Shown piece after piece: positions 40,386 through 53,920 of a DNA stretch of 64,000 bases (position 1 is its first letter; each line of letters begins with the position of its first letter). The translations under genes and the position numbers were made by a program. A model generated the notes under the pieces. It was not told the origin of the DNA. It did no database searches and saw nothing but the letters and a program-made list of their open reading frames with translations. Source of the stretch: Lama glama (taxonomy: Eukaryota); the NCBI GenBank assembly GCA_028534125.1, contig CM052817.1, forward strand, positions 88,600,001-88,664,000, given 5' to 3'.

Positions 40386-41339
40386 TGGTCTGGTCCCTCA
40401 AAGTCATTAACTTCTTGTTTCATTCTACTAGCTAAATATCCAAAGAGAACTGTGGATATGCATTTCTAAAATTACTTCTGAGTCTTCAGCTTTAGTAATA
40501 CCTTCTAATTTTTCTTTTCTTTTGATTTTGGGTTTTATAGAATCATTTCTTAATGCTGTGGTTGCAATCAAATATCATTTAACTACCATTTCTTCTAAAA
40601 TGATGAAAGCTTTTCTTTTTCAAAGCTTGCTGCATGTGAAAAATATAAACATTCCTTAGTAATTAGGTCACTCAAATGAAATATTGTAACAATTATGCTA
40701 TATTGTTAAAAGATTTAAAACAAACATAAATGGTGAAAGTTTCTCATATACCCGTAAGATACTTTTTCTTCTCTAAAACATTTTCAAAATGGTCTTTACA
40801 ACTAAATTTATGAATCTTTAAAATTACGTGGGATCTTTTTCACCGTAGCAAAAATTAAATGTCTGAGAAAATCCCCCACAACAAAACACCTAAAGTTGCT
40901 GCATAAATATAACAAACATCAGTTTAATTGCATGTTTATATGTAAAACTGCCTAGACTGAAAAGGTGGGTGAGCAAGGAAGGAGCCGGGGCTCTCCTGGT
41001 AGCATTCATTGATAGCAAGACCCAGAGCTTTAAGTTTTTTAAGCAGCTGAGGGCAGGTGCCTTCGTGTCAGCACACAGAGTGGGAAAGGGGGAGTGGAAT
41101 TAAGACTTGTACATTGCAAGGTCCCTTAAAGAAACACCCTCTGGAAAGGAACAGCTGTAAAAAAAAAAAATCTATTGCACAGAAAATGGAGAAAATAAGC
41201 CAAATGTAGGTTTCAGAACTGTTTCCACATTGAGAAAAATGTCTCCACTAAGAATTTATAATCCAAGTTTATTTATCATATTCATTGGTGTATAATTTCA
41301 CACTGTTCTATGGACTATAACAAGAGAAAAGACCTGAAA

Positions 41340-41675
41340 GATCCCACTTCCCAGTAATACTTATGAGGGTAATAATGTACCTTGTAATGAAAATCAGATA
41401 AAGGTATTAAAGAGAAGTAAATTACCATCCAATCTTACTTATGAACATACTTGCAACAAACAGTAAGTTATTTTATACACACACAAGCACATATATACAC
41501 ATACATTAATGTAATTTATAAAATTAACAGGATAAGAAACAAATGACTACTCAAGGCAGACAAACAGAAATATATATTTTGATAATATTAAAAAATGCAA
41601 TGTGGTTAAAATAAACAATGAAACTCCTAGCAAATGAGAAATTAGAGGACACTTTTCAACCCCGTAAAAAGACAC
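41340..41675 (+). mobile_element. Ancient L1 ORF2 fragment
   Basis: 'ccaatcttacttatgaacatacttgcaa', 'aaactcctagcaaatgagaaattagaggacacttttcaac'. Confidence 0.6.
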
Positions 41676-41679
41676 TTCA

Positions 41680-43460
41680 GGAGACATGACTTCACCAAGA
41701 TGATGATTTAAATTGTTCCTGACTTTGCTCCCCTCACACAAGGAGAACCACTAACAACTATTCAAGACCAAGACACCGCTGAGAGAATCCTAGAACATGG
41801 GTTGAGGCTGAAGTATTCCCTGCACCACAGAGCCCAGGACAGACTGCATTAGGAGCTGAGAGAAGTGGCTGCATATTGACTGCACTGCCCCTCCCCCAGA
41901 CTATCGCGGCATGATGCAGAGAACTCTCCCCTGAGCCTCCAGCTCCTCCAGTGGAAAGAGAGAACCCAGAGGGGACAGCCAGTCCCTCTCCACCACTGTG
42001 GGTCACTTTGCAAGAGCATGAACTCTGATCTTGCACCACAAGGAATGCAGAGGAATCTGAACGTGATGGAGAAGGGGGAGGGGCTTGTAAAAACTTGCAA
42101 GGTTGAGTTCACACCTGCAGTGTCCAAGTAGTAACCTCAATCAGAGGCTTTGCTTAGCTGCAGAACCAAGTTGAGGGTGCACTCTAACCAGGTAACTCGG
42201 TGGGGTGTAGATCTGCCCTATTAAGGATCTTCAGATGAAAGGTGTTGCTTGGCCCCACGGCCCAGGGTTGGCCATGTCTAGGCAAGGAGCTGAATCACAG
42301 CCCAACCCTCTGTGGAGAGTGTCTTCCAGCCCCAGCTTACCAGAAGGGCTGCTGACAACTCCTAAAAGCCGTAAGTCCAGTGGTAGCTTGAGAGGAGAAG
42401 AGGCGAGCAGGGCTGACCACCCGCAAAGCAAAGCCAGTACTGGGAGTGGGGCATCCCTTTGCTACAGACAGGCGAGGGGGTTAATTTATAGCCAAGGTTG
42501 AGGGTAACTCCTGGCCCCTCTTAATGTGAGAGCCTGTTGGGAAGTTGAGGGTAGCCTGGAGTGGCCACTCCCTCTCCAGCCCAGGCAAGAGAGCTGACAT
42601 AGCCTCACCCACTGTGGAGAGTGTCTCCAGACCCACCTGACCAGAAAGGATGGAGACAACTCCTGGACACCGTTTGGCCCAGCAGCACTAGAGAAAAAGA
42701 GGCAGGCAGACCTGAAAATTGCAGTGCAAAGCCAATGGGCCTGTTCAGTGAGGAAATTTAGGGTGTGGGTCAGCTTGACTTAAGACAACAAAAAGCTTTA
42801 TTGCCTTTAGAGCTGCTTCTCTTGCTGTGCCCAGGTAGGGAATCTAATTTATAGCCTTGCTCATTGCTGAATACAGCCTTCAGCCTATCTGATCAGGGAA
42901 CCTGACCTGAGCACCCAGGAAGCTGCATTGCCCTATCAACATCCCTCCTACAGTGGCACCTGAACAGAGAGCATAGCCTGTATCTTCCCCTACCTGCACA
43001 ACAAAATTGCTAGCCTCACCTGACCAGGAAATTCAGTGCACAATCCAGACTAGTGTGGGTCCCCAAACAGCGAGCTGTACAGGCCCTGGATCTCACCCTG
43101 CTGCCCAGTCAGGCCGGGAAGCTAATTCAGAGCCTCATCCACTACTGATAATAGTACCCAGTCTCAGTCATCTAGTCAGCCTGGCCAGAGAATTCAGGCA
43201 TCTCTGGAGCCTGCCCTACAGCATCACTAGGGGAGGTAACAGAGCCAGCAGTCCTGTCCAGAGGTTCTCAGCCAGTGGCACACTATCCCCATTCCCATCC
43301 TAAGAGCTTGAACTGTTGCCTCTCTTCAAAACAGACCATAATAGGAGGCCCCACCTGCCCAAGAACATTACCAGCAAACATACCCAGAAATCCAAACTAA
43401 GATGACTGGTTAAGAACTGTCTCTGCCAGAGCAAACCTGTAAAGTCTAGAGGATCCCAAT
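41680..43460 (+). mobile_element. L1 5' UTR (L1M2/L1MA-age type) with internal ~300 bp monomers; no ORF1/ORF2 follows
   Basis: Start 'gacttcaccaagatg...gttcctgactttgctcccctcac'; sharp GC rise; repeated 'ctgtggagagtgtct...gacaactcct' near 42310 and 42612. Confidence 0.7.
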
Positions 43461-43489
43461 TATTTGCTTCACTAATAAACAAATAGATC

Positions 43490-44700
43490 AGCAGGACACG
43501 AGAGAGAGCTCACAAACCCAGGCCTAAACAGGGCCTTAAAAGCAATGGGTAAGGGATAACTAGAAATGTTTAATCATCCATGAGGGGAAAAAAAATCCTT
43601 ACCTCACACCACAAAGAAAATTCAGTTTCTACTGGATATATGCCTTAATACAATAAACACAATAAATGACAAAAATACAGATAAATTACAAGGGGACTTC
43701 TTTATAAAAAGCATTAATAATACAGAAAGATACCTAAACTTTGGCAACATTAAATTATAAACTTTGGGTATCAAAAGACACCATAAAAGAGTAAAGATAG
43801 TTACATTTTGGAAGAATATATTGCAAAAGATCAGTGCTAATAATAATGATTATCCATGCATATATTTAATTCACTTAATAATATGTAAAGAACTTCTACA
43901 AACCAACAGGTTAAATATGATAGAAAAACAGATAAAATACATGACAAAACTATATATAGGAAAATAAACCTAAATAATCAATAAATACGTGAAATGAATC
44001 AGGAAAATAGAAACTAAAATGACAGAGATAAAATTTCATATCCAAGATATAGTTGGCTCTCTAAAAATCCGAAAACAGTGTATGTGGCACTGCTTGTACA
44101 GTAATGGGAAGCTCATAAACTGCTAATGCAATGTGATTTAGTACAGTCATCCTTGAAAACTCTTGGACAAGATCTATTGAATTTGAAAGCATCATTTATT
44201 TTATTACCACTAAATCTTTACTCCTATGAGTGAACACTAGGGACATTCTCATAGGTGTGCAACAATGAAAGAATGGATATAATGGAATGCAATAGCAGAT
44301 TAAATGAAACAGAGTCACACACATCAACATGTATGTCACTCAAATCAGTTTTGGGGGACAAAAAATGCAATTTCCAGAAGTCAGAGAGCACTGTACCAGC
44401 TACATAAAGTTTTAAAACATATAAAAAATAATGTATTCCTTAGGAATAAATCTATATAGGGTAAAAAAAAAATTTAATGTCTTTAAACAGTAAATCTCAA
44501 TTAAAGTGTGCATTTTCCTTCTGACAGGAAAAATGGGCAATAAGGATGTTGAATTGAGAAGAGAACACAGATGTCTGAATTGGTGAGTTCAATGGTGGAT
44601 GCATGGATGTTTGATTTATAGTTCTTCTTATTTAGAATGCAAAATAATAAATTTACTGAACAATAATATATAAAAATTGTGAGTTGATACCTCAGTCTCT
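43490..44700 (+). mobile_element. Ancient L1 (L1ME-like) ORF2 3' part and 3' UTR
   Basis: 'ccttacctcacaccaca', 'tcaaaagacaccataaaaagagtaa', 'atatgtaaagaacttctacaaaccaac', 'ctcataaactgctaatg'. Confidence 0.75.
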
Positions 44701-47700
44701 TTTTCAGTAAAAGTAACTCCACACAAAAACCATCCAACATCTACTCAGAGAAGCAGCATTCCTCTTCTTTTTCCTGGGAGTGTCACTGACTGGACCTGGA
44801 GTTACTACATCAGCCTAAAGCAGGTCACATCTTGACCTCCATTCAAACAGAGATAATCCTTAAGAAGTGGCACCATAAAATATCAAAGAGTTTGTCACTT
44901 AACCTGCTGCACAAGATAGCAGATATCATTATGATTAATTTTCATGTTCTAATAACTGGTAGGGCAAATCATTCTTAATACATTAATTACCCTTTCTTTT
45001 TCATAAATATCTTGCCTCTTCTTAAATGTTTTTTCTTATAAACATATTACAAATTTTAAAGTAAGCTCTTCTAGTTCTAAAAGACAATGTCCTATAGAGC
45101 CAACTGTTTCAATTTCTTTCAGTTAACAGTGGAAAGATCAAGCAATGGAATAATAAAATGTTTACAACACCCACAAAGTGACAAGAATGTGTATTTCTGC
45201 CCCATCTCCATCTTCACTATCATACAAAACAGGGTCAAAGCAACTTTTCCTCCCACCTTATGTACCCAAACCTGCTGTTCTAAACACAGGTTTGAGGAGA
45301 CCCACTTGGGAGTGCTAGATTCTCTTCCATTTGTTTGATAACTGCATCATCAGACATTCTCTTTAGGTTTCTTTCTATGCTCCAATTTGATCTTGCCCTT
45401 GGCAGCTTAGTCTCACGAACTTTGAGAAGAAAAAGAAAAGGGCTCTCTTCATTCCATTACCTGAATCATAGAATTTCCTGACTTCTTGCATCTATAAACT
45501 CTGTGATGTTGTACTCATTAGAAAGGCGTATTAGACACAATACATACTACAAAGCAGGGGAGCCAGTAACATCAAGTTACTGAAGAGTCTCTTCTGGACC
45601 TAACGGAGAAACTTTAATGCTACTAGAATCTGTATGAAAACAGTGGTGATAATGGGATCCCATTAAATATAATTTTGCTTTTCTTTGATATCTCCTATAA
45701 AATCAATGATGATATTCAAAAGCTTTAATGAGCACTGACCAAACAGAATCAAAACTAGCCTAACCCTAGAGTATGTGAATGGAGTGAATGAACCAGGCAG
45801 GGCTGTTTGAAAGCTGGGGCATTCTCTGGTAGCACTGGGGGCGGATGGGGCCTCTTTAGGAGGGGGATTTGAGGACTCAACCAGTGACCATTTCTCTCCT
45901 CTACTAAAATATTTCAGTATTGTACCAATTGGCACAGCTGTGACAAAGCCTACTGGCTAAATATATACTTAATATAGTAACAAATAAGATTTTTGTCCCT
46001 ACATTTCTTTGGCCTTCAATCCCTCAGCTCACATTTTATAAACAGCCGATTAATTTTTGGAAAGAATATGCATACATGTAGATTTTGTGTAGAAAAAGAC
46101 AATTCAAATTACCATTCTAAGTTGAGTGTGTGTGTGAGTGTGCATATGAAAAATATTTTTGTCAATTAAAATATTTGTGTGATATTTTAAAATTCAAACT
46201 CTATTTCCATAATATATAATGTCAGTTCAATAGCATAGCTGCAAGTCTCAAATGGTACAGATGAAAAATATGCACCTTATCTATTTAAATCTAATTTATA
46301 TGATGCATGAGTAGAAAATGGATTACTTATTAAAACAAGATCGAAATCTTCTGAGCCCTTGGAAAAAACACAACTAAGCATTATTAGCATCTGTGGGGGC
46401 TGTTCTTTATTATTTTCTAAAATGCAATTAAAGCCTCATTAAAACACATTCAATTATAAAATGTCTTTTATTACCGAAATACTGCATAAGTCTTGCACAT
46501 TGGGGAAGAAAATGAACCTTGAAGACATCTCTTAAGACAATTCCAAATTCTTTCGAAACTTGTGTGTATACCCAAAGGAGCATAAAGCTGCCACCTCCAA
46601 CCTGACATTACTATTTACTTACGTGAGAAAAAGATCTGTATTTTTTGACATACAATGATTTTTCTGCCTTGACAATGAATTTCCACATCACATATTTTAA
46701 TTCCCTTGGCTAACATGTAGCCCATTTTTTTATTCATGTTCACAACTTAGATATTCTGGGTTACTGTACAAGTATTAGATGATTAGGTAAAAGAAGCACT
46801 CAAGCATTCAATAAATGTTTATTAAAAAGCAGTTATGAACTAGTTACTGCATGGACAAAGGAGATACAAAGGAGACAAACAGGTGAAATGCAACAGGGTG
46901 ATCTGGAAAGAAAGAAACATTGATCGGCTAATAGAATTAATTTTCTTTCTTCATAATCATGTTAGGAAGCCAGTGTAAAGGTGCAATTGAGGGAAGACTA
47001 TGCAAGACAGTCCCCCCCAAAAGAACTTAAAGGTAGGAGGTGGAAGCAACTGGATTTAAAATTTGGGAAATTTTCCCCAACCCTGGAAGGGAGACAGAGG
47101 CTTGACAGGATTTTATGAGCTTTGTTTCCACAGCAAGGTCCAAGAAAGCCTCTGAATACCTACCTCTCCAGCAGACCCCGACTTCAGCCACCTTCTCACT
47201 ACTCAGGCTTCGCATGCTTAAGAAGAAGACATGCTCAGAATTTTTACCAACAGTCTCAAGAGAGGCTCTAAATTGTAATTCCTTCTTCATTCCCACTCCA
47301 TTGCCTTCATTCAAAATTGGAAGTCCAAATCTTTCAGGTGATGGGGGATGATCAATAATCGTATTATCATACAACTCTCCTTATGTCAGTTTCCAGTTCA
47401 AGTTGTCACCCCCAAATAGTTCATGACTGCATTTTATAATTTACAGTTTCTCATTAACAAAATCACCTTTTACTTCTCATAATGTTTCCTTTTCCTCCTC
47501 ATTCCTGATGAAGTTGGCGCCTTCCTGAATATGTGGCTTCCTGTGAGTTCCCTTCGGAATTAACTCTTCTAATTTCCCTATAGATAAATTAACACAAGAC
47601 CTGGGATGGAGGGAGACATCCTCATTCCTCATAATAGCTGGTTCTGTGTTTTCCTTCCTCCTCCATCAAAAAACAAACAAACAAAAAACAGTTCCACTGA

Positions 47701-47827
47701 ATGACAAGCCTTCGGACTATGTAATTCACCCACACTCCTTTGCTATCTGCCAATCCCCAGGGCATTTACCATTAGTTGCATATATGCCCTCTTGTTCTTT
47801 TGTCTCTCTCTCTTCATCTCTCCCATT

Positions 47828-48110
47828 TTAGTCCTAGAGGCAGGAAGTTCAAGATCTTGGTGTTAGCAGGGTCCAAATCAGAGCTCTCTTCTGGGTTGCA
47901 GGCTTCTCATTGTATCCTCTTGCTGAGAAAGGAGCTAAGGAGCTCTGTGGGGTCTTTTTTATAATGGGATTAAAGCACTAATTCCATTCATAAAGGCTCT
48001 ACCCTCAGGACAAAACTGTTTCCCAAAGGCCCCACCTACTAATACCTTCTCTATTGGGACTTCGAATTTCAATGTGTGAACTTTGGGGAAACATAAACTC
48101 AGAGGATAGC
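47828..48110 (-). mobile_element. MaLR LTR, MLT1A-like (partial)
   Basis: 'ggaagttcaagatc...gcactaattccattcataaaggctctaccctca...cccaaaggccccacctactaatacc...tgaactttgggga'. Confidence 0.8.
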
Positions 48111-49629
48111 AACTATGGATCAAAATTTTATAACAACCTCTTCAACAATGACAGTGACTTCCACATCCCATCCCTTTGTGCCTCCCAGTTTCCTGAACTC
48201 TTAAATTCCAAGTGCCTTTTCTTCTGTGCTTCCTCAATAAAACTGTATTTTTATACTCTAGACATGATCACTACTAATGGATATAAATCCACTGACACTA
48301 CCATTTTTCTTTTTCCCATGTCTCCCTATAACTCACTTCTCTATACTCATCCAAGACACCATCGTCCACCTCTGTGATTGCTCACTTGAAGCTTTCTTGA
48401 CTCCTTTTTCCTTCTCTCTTAGTAAATGTGAATGCTGCTTAGATTCGATTTTCTTCCTATTCTACGTTTAGCCTAGTATGGTTAAATGTGGGTGGAATAA
48501 GAAATATTAATTTAAACTAAAAATCACAATAAGAAGGTCGGCCATCTGTATTGCCTAGGTTTCCTTGTTAATTACTCCCCCATTCTTTGAGGTGACTGTT
48601 CCATATGTTTCCTTCTCTCTTAGACCTGCTATCACCAATTTCCTACATTTTTAATTTGTTCATATGCCTTTAAAAACGTTCACTTAAACATAAATATAAT
48701 CTAAAATACAGTATTTTATAACCCACTTATAACTTTATCAATATGTTTTTGCATTCTCTCATTTTCTCTTTCTTCCTAAAACTAATTTCTCCAATTGTGT
48801 ACTAGATAATATTATCTTCTCTAATTTACTCAAATTTATTTTTTTTCCTGCAATTATCTCATCTCTATCCTAAATAATCCAATTTTTATTCTTTATTGAC
48901 CATTCCTATCAGGACACAAATACACTTAAAATTTTCCCATAAAAAACAATGATAAAATATCCTATACTTCAGATCCCTTTTTAGCAACTGCCCTGTTTCT
49001 CCCTAACCTTTAAAATGGCACACTTGAATAGCACGATTACTAATAAAAATACCTAACTTTTTTGAGTGTTTACAGTAGACTCTAGGTGATTTTTATTACT
49101 TTACGTGCTCTGATTCCTTTGACTCTATTAGCTCTTTCACTTCTTTACCTGTCATTTACCCTGAGTCCACTGTATCAGGCTTCCTTCTCAGTCCCTCTAC
49201 TAAATGGCCCTTTTTCACTGCCCTTAACGATCTTCATCTTGTCATATCACACGTTCAATTTCTGAATGCAGGCAGAGCTTATTACTACAAACTATGTTCT
49301 CCTCTTTGAAATCCTTTATTCACTCAGTTTCTGGAATATCACAGACTTCTAGTTGTCTCACCAGCTCCTCATCAGCTGGTTTACCGTGCAATTTGCAGCA
49401 TAACTTTTCTTTTCTCAGCTTTAAAGGAGAAAGTACCTGGAATTGAGTCTTTGTTCCTTCTTTCTATCTACATTTGCTACCTGGATAGTCATCTAATACC
49501 ACATCTTTAAGTACTATTTATACATTCATGTATTTCACTTTTCGATCTTTAGCCCTAACCACACCCCTGCTCCAAATTTCTGCTTCTAATTATCTACTAT
49601 ACAGTTCCATTTGTATACTCGTAGGCATC

Positions 49630-50006
49630 TGTAGTAACTGTTAGTAGTGAACCCCCAGTATGCTTCTCCTCAGCACACAGAAGACTCCAAGCCCCCTTGC
49701 ATTTTGGCAAACCTATGTGAGTACTTGTAGCCAATGGTCTGAGAGAAGAAATGTGTGTGACTTTTGAGCCTAAACACAGGAGCCTGAGAGTGAAATCTCC
49801 ATGTACTTATTTCTTCTGCTTTAGACAACAGGAAGGTCTTGTCAAGATGCTATGACTGTAAAAGCTGGTGTCTGCTTCAGCCTGTGGAGGGAAAGCCCCA
49901 TACTGATCACCTAATGCCTGTGAAAGAAATTAACCACTGGGTGACCAACTATTAAGATTTGGGTGTCAGTCACTGAAATGTAACTTAGAATACTTTAATG
50001 AATATA
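49630..50006 (+). mobile_element. MaLR solo LTR, MLT1I/J-like, nested in L2
   Basis: 'gcccccttgca...tagccaatggtctgagagaagaaatgtgtgtgactttt...gaaagaaattaacc...taagatttggg'; splits the L2 motif taggcatct...aaaatttaac. Confidence 0.7.
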
Positions 50007-50661
50007 ATATCTAAAATTTAACTTGATATCCTTCATAAAAAATCCTTTGGATTTATTATCCAAACTACCCCATAATTGTAAATGGCATCATCTTTACCCA
50101 AATATCTAGGAGTCATTCACCCACCCACATCTAGTCTAGCAGAAATTCCTATTCATTCTAAGTTCAAAATATTTCCTAAACCCTACCACTTTTTGTTACT
50201 TCCACCATAGTCACAGCCACACTATTTTCAGCCATTATCACTTTTGCCTGGAGGTCTGCAGAAGCCTCTCAAATAATCACCTTTTCTAACTTTATCCCTC
50301 ACATTATATATTCTATAAAGTACTCCCCACTAAAAGCATAATTGCTTCCTTTACAATCCTTCCATGATTTCCATAATTTCCTACCATGGTGAATATCATC
50401 TCCTTTGGGTCCTGCCTTTTGCTCAATGTGCTGATTTTCTTGGCAGTTCTCAGACAGGTAAAGCTGGTTCCTGCCTTGAGACTTTTGAAGTTCTATTCCC
50501 AATCACTCAACTTTCTTCTCCAAGATCTTCATTGGTTCACTCCCTCAGTATTCTACTCAAATGCCATGTCTTCACAAAGGTAATTTCTGTCTCACCACCA
50601 ACTCCCATCATTCATTATTCCTTTGTCTTACTTTATTTTTCTTTACAGCATGCGTCATTTC

Positions 50662-50741
50662 ATGTGTACATGCAAGTCTGTGTGCACATATACATGTGTG
50701 GATGTGAGTGTGAATATGTCTATGTGTATGTGAGTGTGTGT
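50662..50741 (+). repeat. Degenerate (TG)n tract
   Basis: Direct reading. Confidence 0.75.
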
Positions 50742-51449
50742 AATTTTTTCTCATCTATATCCAACTTTGGATTATAAACTCCATGAAGGATCTTTTTTCT
50801 CTCTTCACAGTTTTATCCCTGGAACTACAATAGTGCCCAGAACACAAGTGGGTGCTTAGTAAATATTTGTTAAATGAATAAATAAATTCCATTATCATTA
50901 TTCTATACTCATTCTCAAGTAATAAAATAGGGTTGCTGTATAATCCAAACAAATATTCAGCTAAACCTATGAAGTTATTACATTCCTGTTTGAAACTATA
51001 AATAGCTGTTATTTATTCCTATGAATTTTAATGAGAATTTCAAAATGCTAAGATTTTGCTATTTGTTAAATAATAGATTGTCTATTCTTTCCGTTTGCTA
51101 CCTAACTACATAAAGAGTTCTAAGCAAGCAGAGAAAATGATTCAGCTAAGATATTTACAATGCATTATTTATATATGAGTATAATGTATTATTAAAATAA
51201 AGTTGTGTGCTTTTGAAATCACCATCATCATGCTTACCCATATTAAAATACCTGTACAGAATCAGAATTGGTAAATTCAAGAAAAGTTCAAAACGGGAAG
51301 TAGGAGAATCATAGTTTTTCACATTTCTCTGGTAAAATACTTAATCTTTTATGCATATTTACTCATTTAAAGACTTAAAAAGGTGAAAAGATTATGCTCC
51401 CTTTACCTCTGAGCATATCCTTAACCAACTGAAATTGTAGATGATTTTA

Positions 51450-52110
51450 TCAAGGGTAAAAACTCCCTACCTATGGCTAAACTAGTGGAAACACCCAGTT
51501 TTGTACATTGCTGATACAGCTGATTATTAGCTTATGAACTATTCTCCCTTTGAGTTTTCTGACACTACAACTCTCTCCTGCTTTCCCTCCAAATGTTCTC
51601 ATGAGTTCTACTAAATTTATTTTGCTGAGAAATGTTTGTGTTCCTCGGTGTTCTTTCCCACATTTGTCTGTTTTTCTGTTCTCATCATAAACATTAACTA
51701 TAGTTACCCTAGGAAATCTCTACAACTACTGTAAGTTTAGTTACACCTGTATATCAGCCCATCTATTAGTAATAACTACAGTCTTATCCAAATGTGATCC
51801 AGCACGGTCCCCTGGAGCCCTAGAGTATGGAAAAATCAGTGTGTCTAAAACTGAACTCATTATCTTCCCTCCAAAACCATCTTCTCTTCCTTTTATCTGC
51901 ATTACTGGTGAATTCCATCAATTAGCATCAACCTTGACTCTTTTCTTTGTTTTTATTTCCCATATACGATAATAAAACTTTGAGCATTTTATCTGATAAA
52001 TATACCATGAATACAACCTGGGGTGAAGAATTTCAGTGTGTCACATTTTTTCTGTTTTCCTTCCAGGCATTTAGATTTAACTTTCCCACCCCCTCTGAAG
52101 ATAGTCCAAG
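51450..52110 (+). mobile_element. L2 fragment
   Basis: 'ttctgacactacaactctctcctgctttccctcc', 'gtgtctaaaactgaactcattatcttccctcc'. Confidence 0.65.
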
Positions 52111-52127
52111 GAGTCTTTCTAATAGTC

Positions 52128-52355
52128 TTTTTTTTTATTGATTTATAATCATTTTACAATGTTGTGTCAAATTCCAGTGTTCAGCACAATTTTTCAGTCA
52201 TTCATGGACATATACACACTCATTGGCACATTTTTTTCTCTGTGAGTTATCATAACATTTTGTGTATATTTCCCTGTGCTATACAGTGTAATCTTGTTTA
52301 TCTATTCTACAATTTTGAAATCCCAGTCTATCCCTTCCCACCCTCCACCCCCTGG
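52128..52355 (-). mobile_element. Young L1 3' UTR insertion
   Basis: Uninterrupted poly-T then 'attgatttataatcattttacaatgttgtgtcaaattccagtgttcagcacaatttttcagtc...cccttcccaccctccaccccctgg'; related to 20848-21100. Confidence 0.88.
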
Positions 52356-52369
52356 GTCTTAATAGACAT

Positions 52370-53725
52370 GCTTTGTTAATTCTTTATGTGGAAAAGATTA
52401 TCTCCCAATTTGTAGCTTATACTTTCACTCTTACATTTTCCTTTTTTTTTTTTAAAGTGTCTCAGTAAACAGAATTTCTTATTCTTCATGCAGTTCAATT
52501 TGTCTGTTTTTTTCATGGTTAATGCAGGTATGGTTTATTTATGAAATAATGTCACATCAAAGTGTGAAACTACCCATGTACATTTTTCAAATATACAATT
52601 GACAAGAATTTGTGTCAAGAATATTGGAAGGACTCCTACAAAATAGTTGGCTAATAGAACAATGGGCAAAAACATGAACTGTCATCACAAAGAAGAGAAA
52701 AGAAAAGCACCAGGAATAAGTATTCTACCTTCATATTTTCAAAATCAGGAAAATAAAAATTGAACAGGTCTACAACAATAAAATATTCTACACTCATTCA
52801 ATTAGTAGAAATTCAGTAATCTGAAAATACTCAACATTGGAAAGAATGTGAATCAATGAGATCTCTTTCTACAACCATTTTTTAAAACAGTATGTCATTG
52901 TCATTGTACCTTTGAAATATTTCCTGCTGCATGACTTTCTACTTATGGACATAATTGTGCATGCATGCTTTACAAATTACGTGAATAAACTTTTAAGACG
53001 CAATTTATAATTGAAAGAATAGAAACCAAAAGTATCATTGACAGGAGAATGAGCAAATACAAGGGAGCATATTCATACAGAAAACTATATATTGTAATGA
53101 TGTGTATAAGCTGACACCATGTAAAACATATGGATGGGTTAAGCAAGACAAATAAGTTCTAGAGATCTGCTGTACAACACTGTACCTACAGTCAACAAGA
53201 ATGTGTTGTACACTTAAAAGTTTCTTAGCAGAGTATCTCTCATGTTAAGTACTCTTACTAGAATAAAATAAATATATATATATACATATATTCATATAGA
53301 TAGATGGACCTTTGTAACATAATGTTTAATATAAAAAATCACAAATAATTACATATAATATGAAATTATTTGAAAAATATCCAGTAGCTAGCCAGACTAA
53401 ATAAGGTTTAATTAGATAATAGATAGATGAGTGGATAGATACTCAAATATTACACATAAATCAAGGAAATGAGTAACAGAGAATTCAAAACAGAAGTTAA
53501 ATCCTGTAGATAGTTGAAAGATGGGGGAAGCTTAACACAAGCTATTGGTAATATTGCAGGTCTTGGTTGAATCTTGGGTTCAGAGGTATTCATTATGTTA
53601 TTAAAATGAATAAATTCATTAATTAATCAGGCATAAAAGGTAAGATGAAACCTGGCTATGCACAAACCAATGACAATAATATATCATGAATTAAGGACTG
53701 ATTATTTTGTTCATATCTGAGATAA
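52370..53725 (+). mobile_element. Ancient L1 (L1ME-like) 3' region; first ~190 bp appear inverted
   Basis: 'aatagaacaatgggcaaaaacatgaac', 'attggaaagaatgtgaatcaatgagatctc', 'tcattgacaggagaatgagcaaata'. Confidence 0.65.
53140..53272 (+). mobile_element. L1MB1/2-like 3' end
   Basis: 'aataagttctagagatctgctgtacaacactgtacctacagtcaac...tgtacacttaaaa...ctcatgttaagtactcttac'. Confidence 0.8.
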
Positions 53726-53871
53726 TTTTTGTTAAATAGTATATTCAGTGATATATTAGTCTTATGCTCCTATAAGGCACAGAATGCATATTTGCCTTGT
53801 CAATTGTACTAATATTTATTTCAATATAGGCCCATACACTTTCTTTTATATACTATTTAACTACCCTCCCA

Positions 53872-53902
<31 letters not shown>

Positions 53903-53920
53903 GAGACACGGACACACACA
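53872..53920 (+). repeat. (CA)n microsatellite
   Basis: Direct reading. Confidence 0.95.

Larger units (their letters stand above)
47450..50888 (+). mobile_element. Long L2 from the endonuclease region to the 3' tail, interrupted by MLT1 elements
   Basis: Pyrimidine-rich + strand with L2 motifs throughout; ends 'aatagtgcccagaacacaagtgggtgcttagtaaatatttgttaaatgaataaataaat'. Confidence 0.72.

Noticed and set aside
41547..43482. Cluster of overlapping ORFs in a GC-rich block (possible gene or CpG island)
   Set aside because: Explained by the stop-poor L1 5' UTR; CpG is depleted and no peptide is recognisable
47027..47374. 115 aa minus-strand ORF with an overlapping 78 aa plus-strand ORF
   Set aside because: No recognisable domain or splice context; adjacent to an L2 remnant; length is within chance expectation for 64 kb
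50299..50777. 137 aa plus-strand ORF
   Set aside because: Runs through L2 3' sequence and a (TG)n tract that gives V/C/Y repeats
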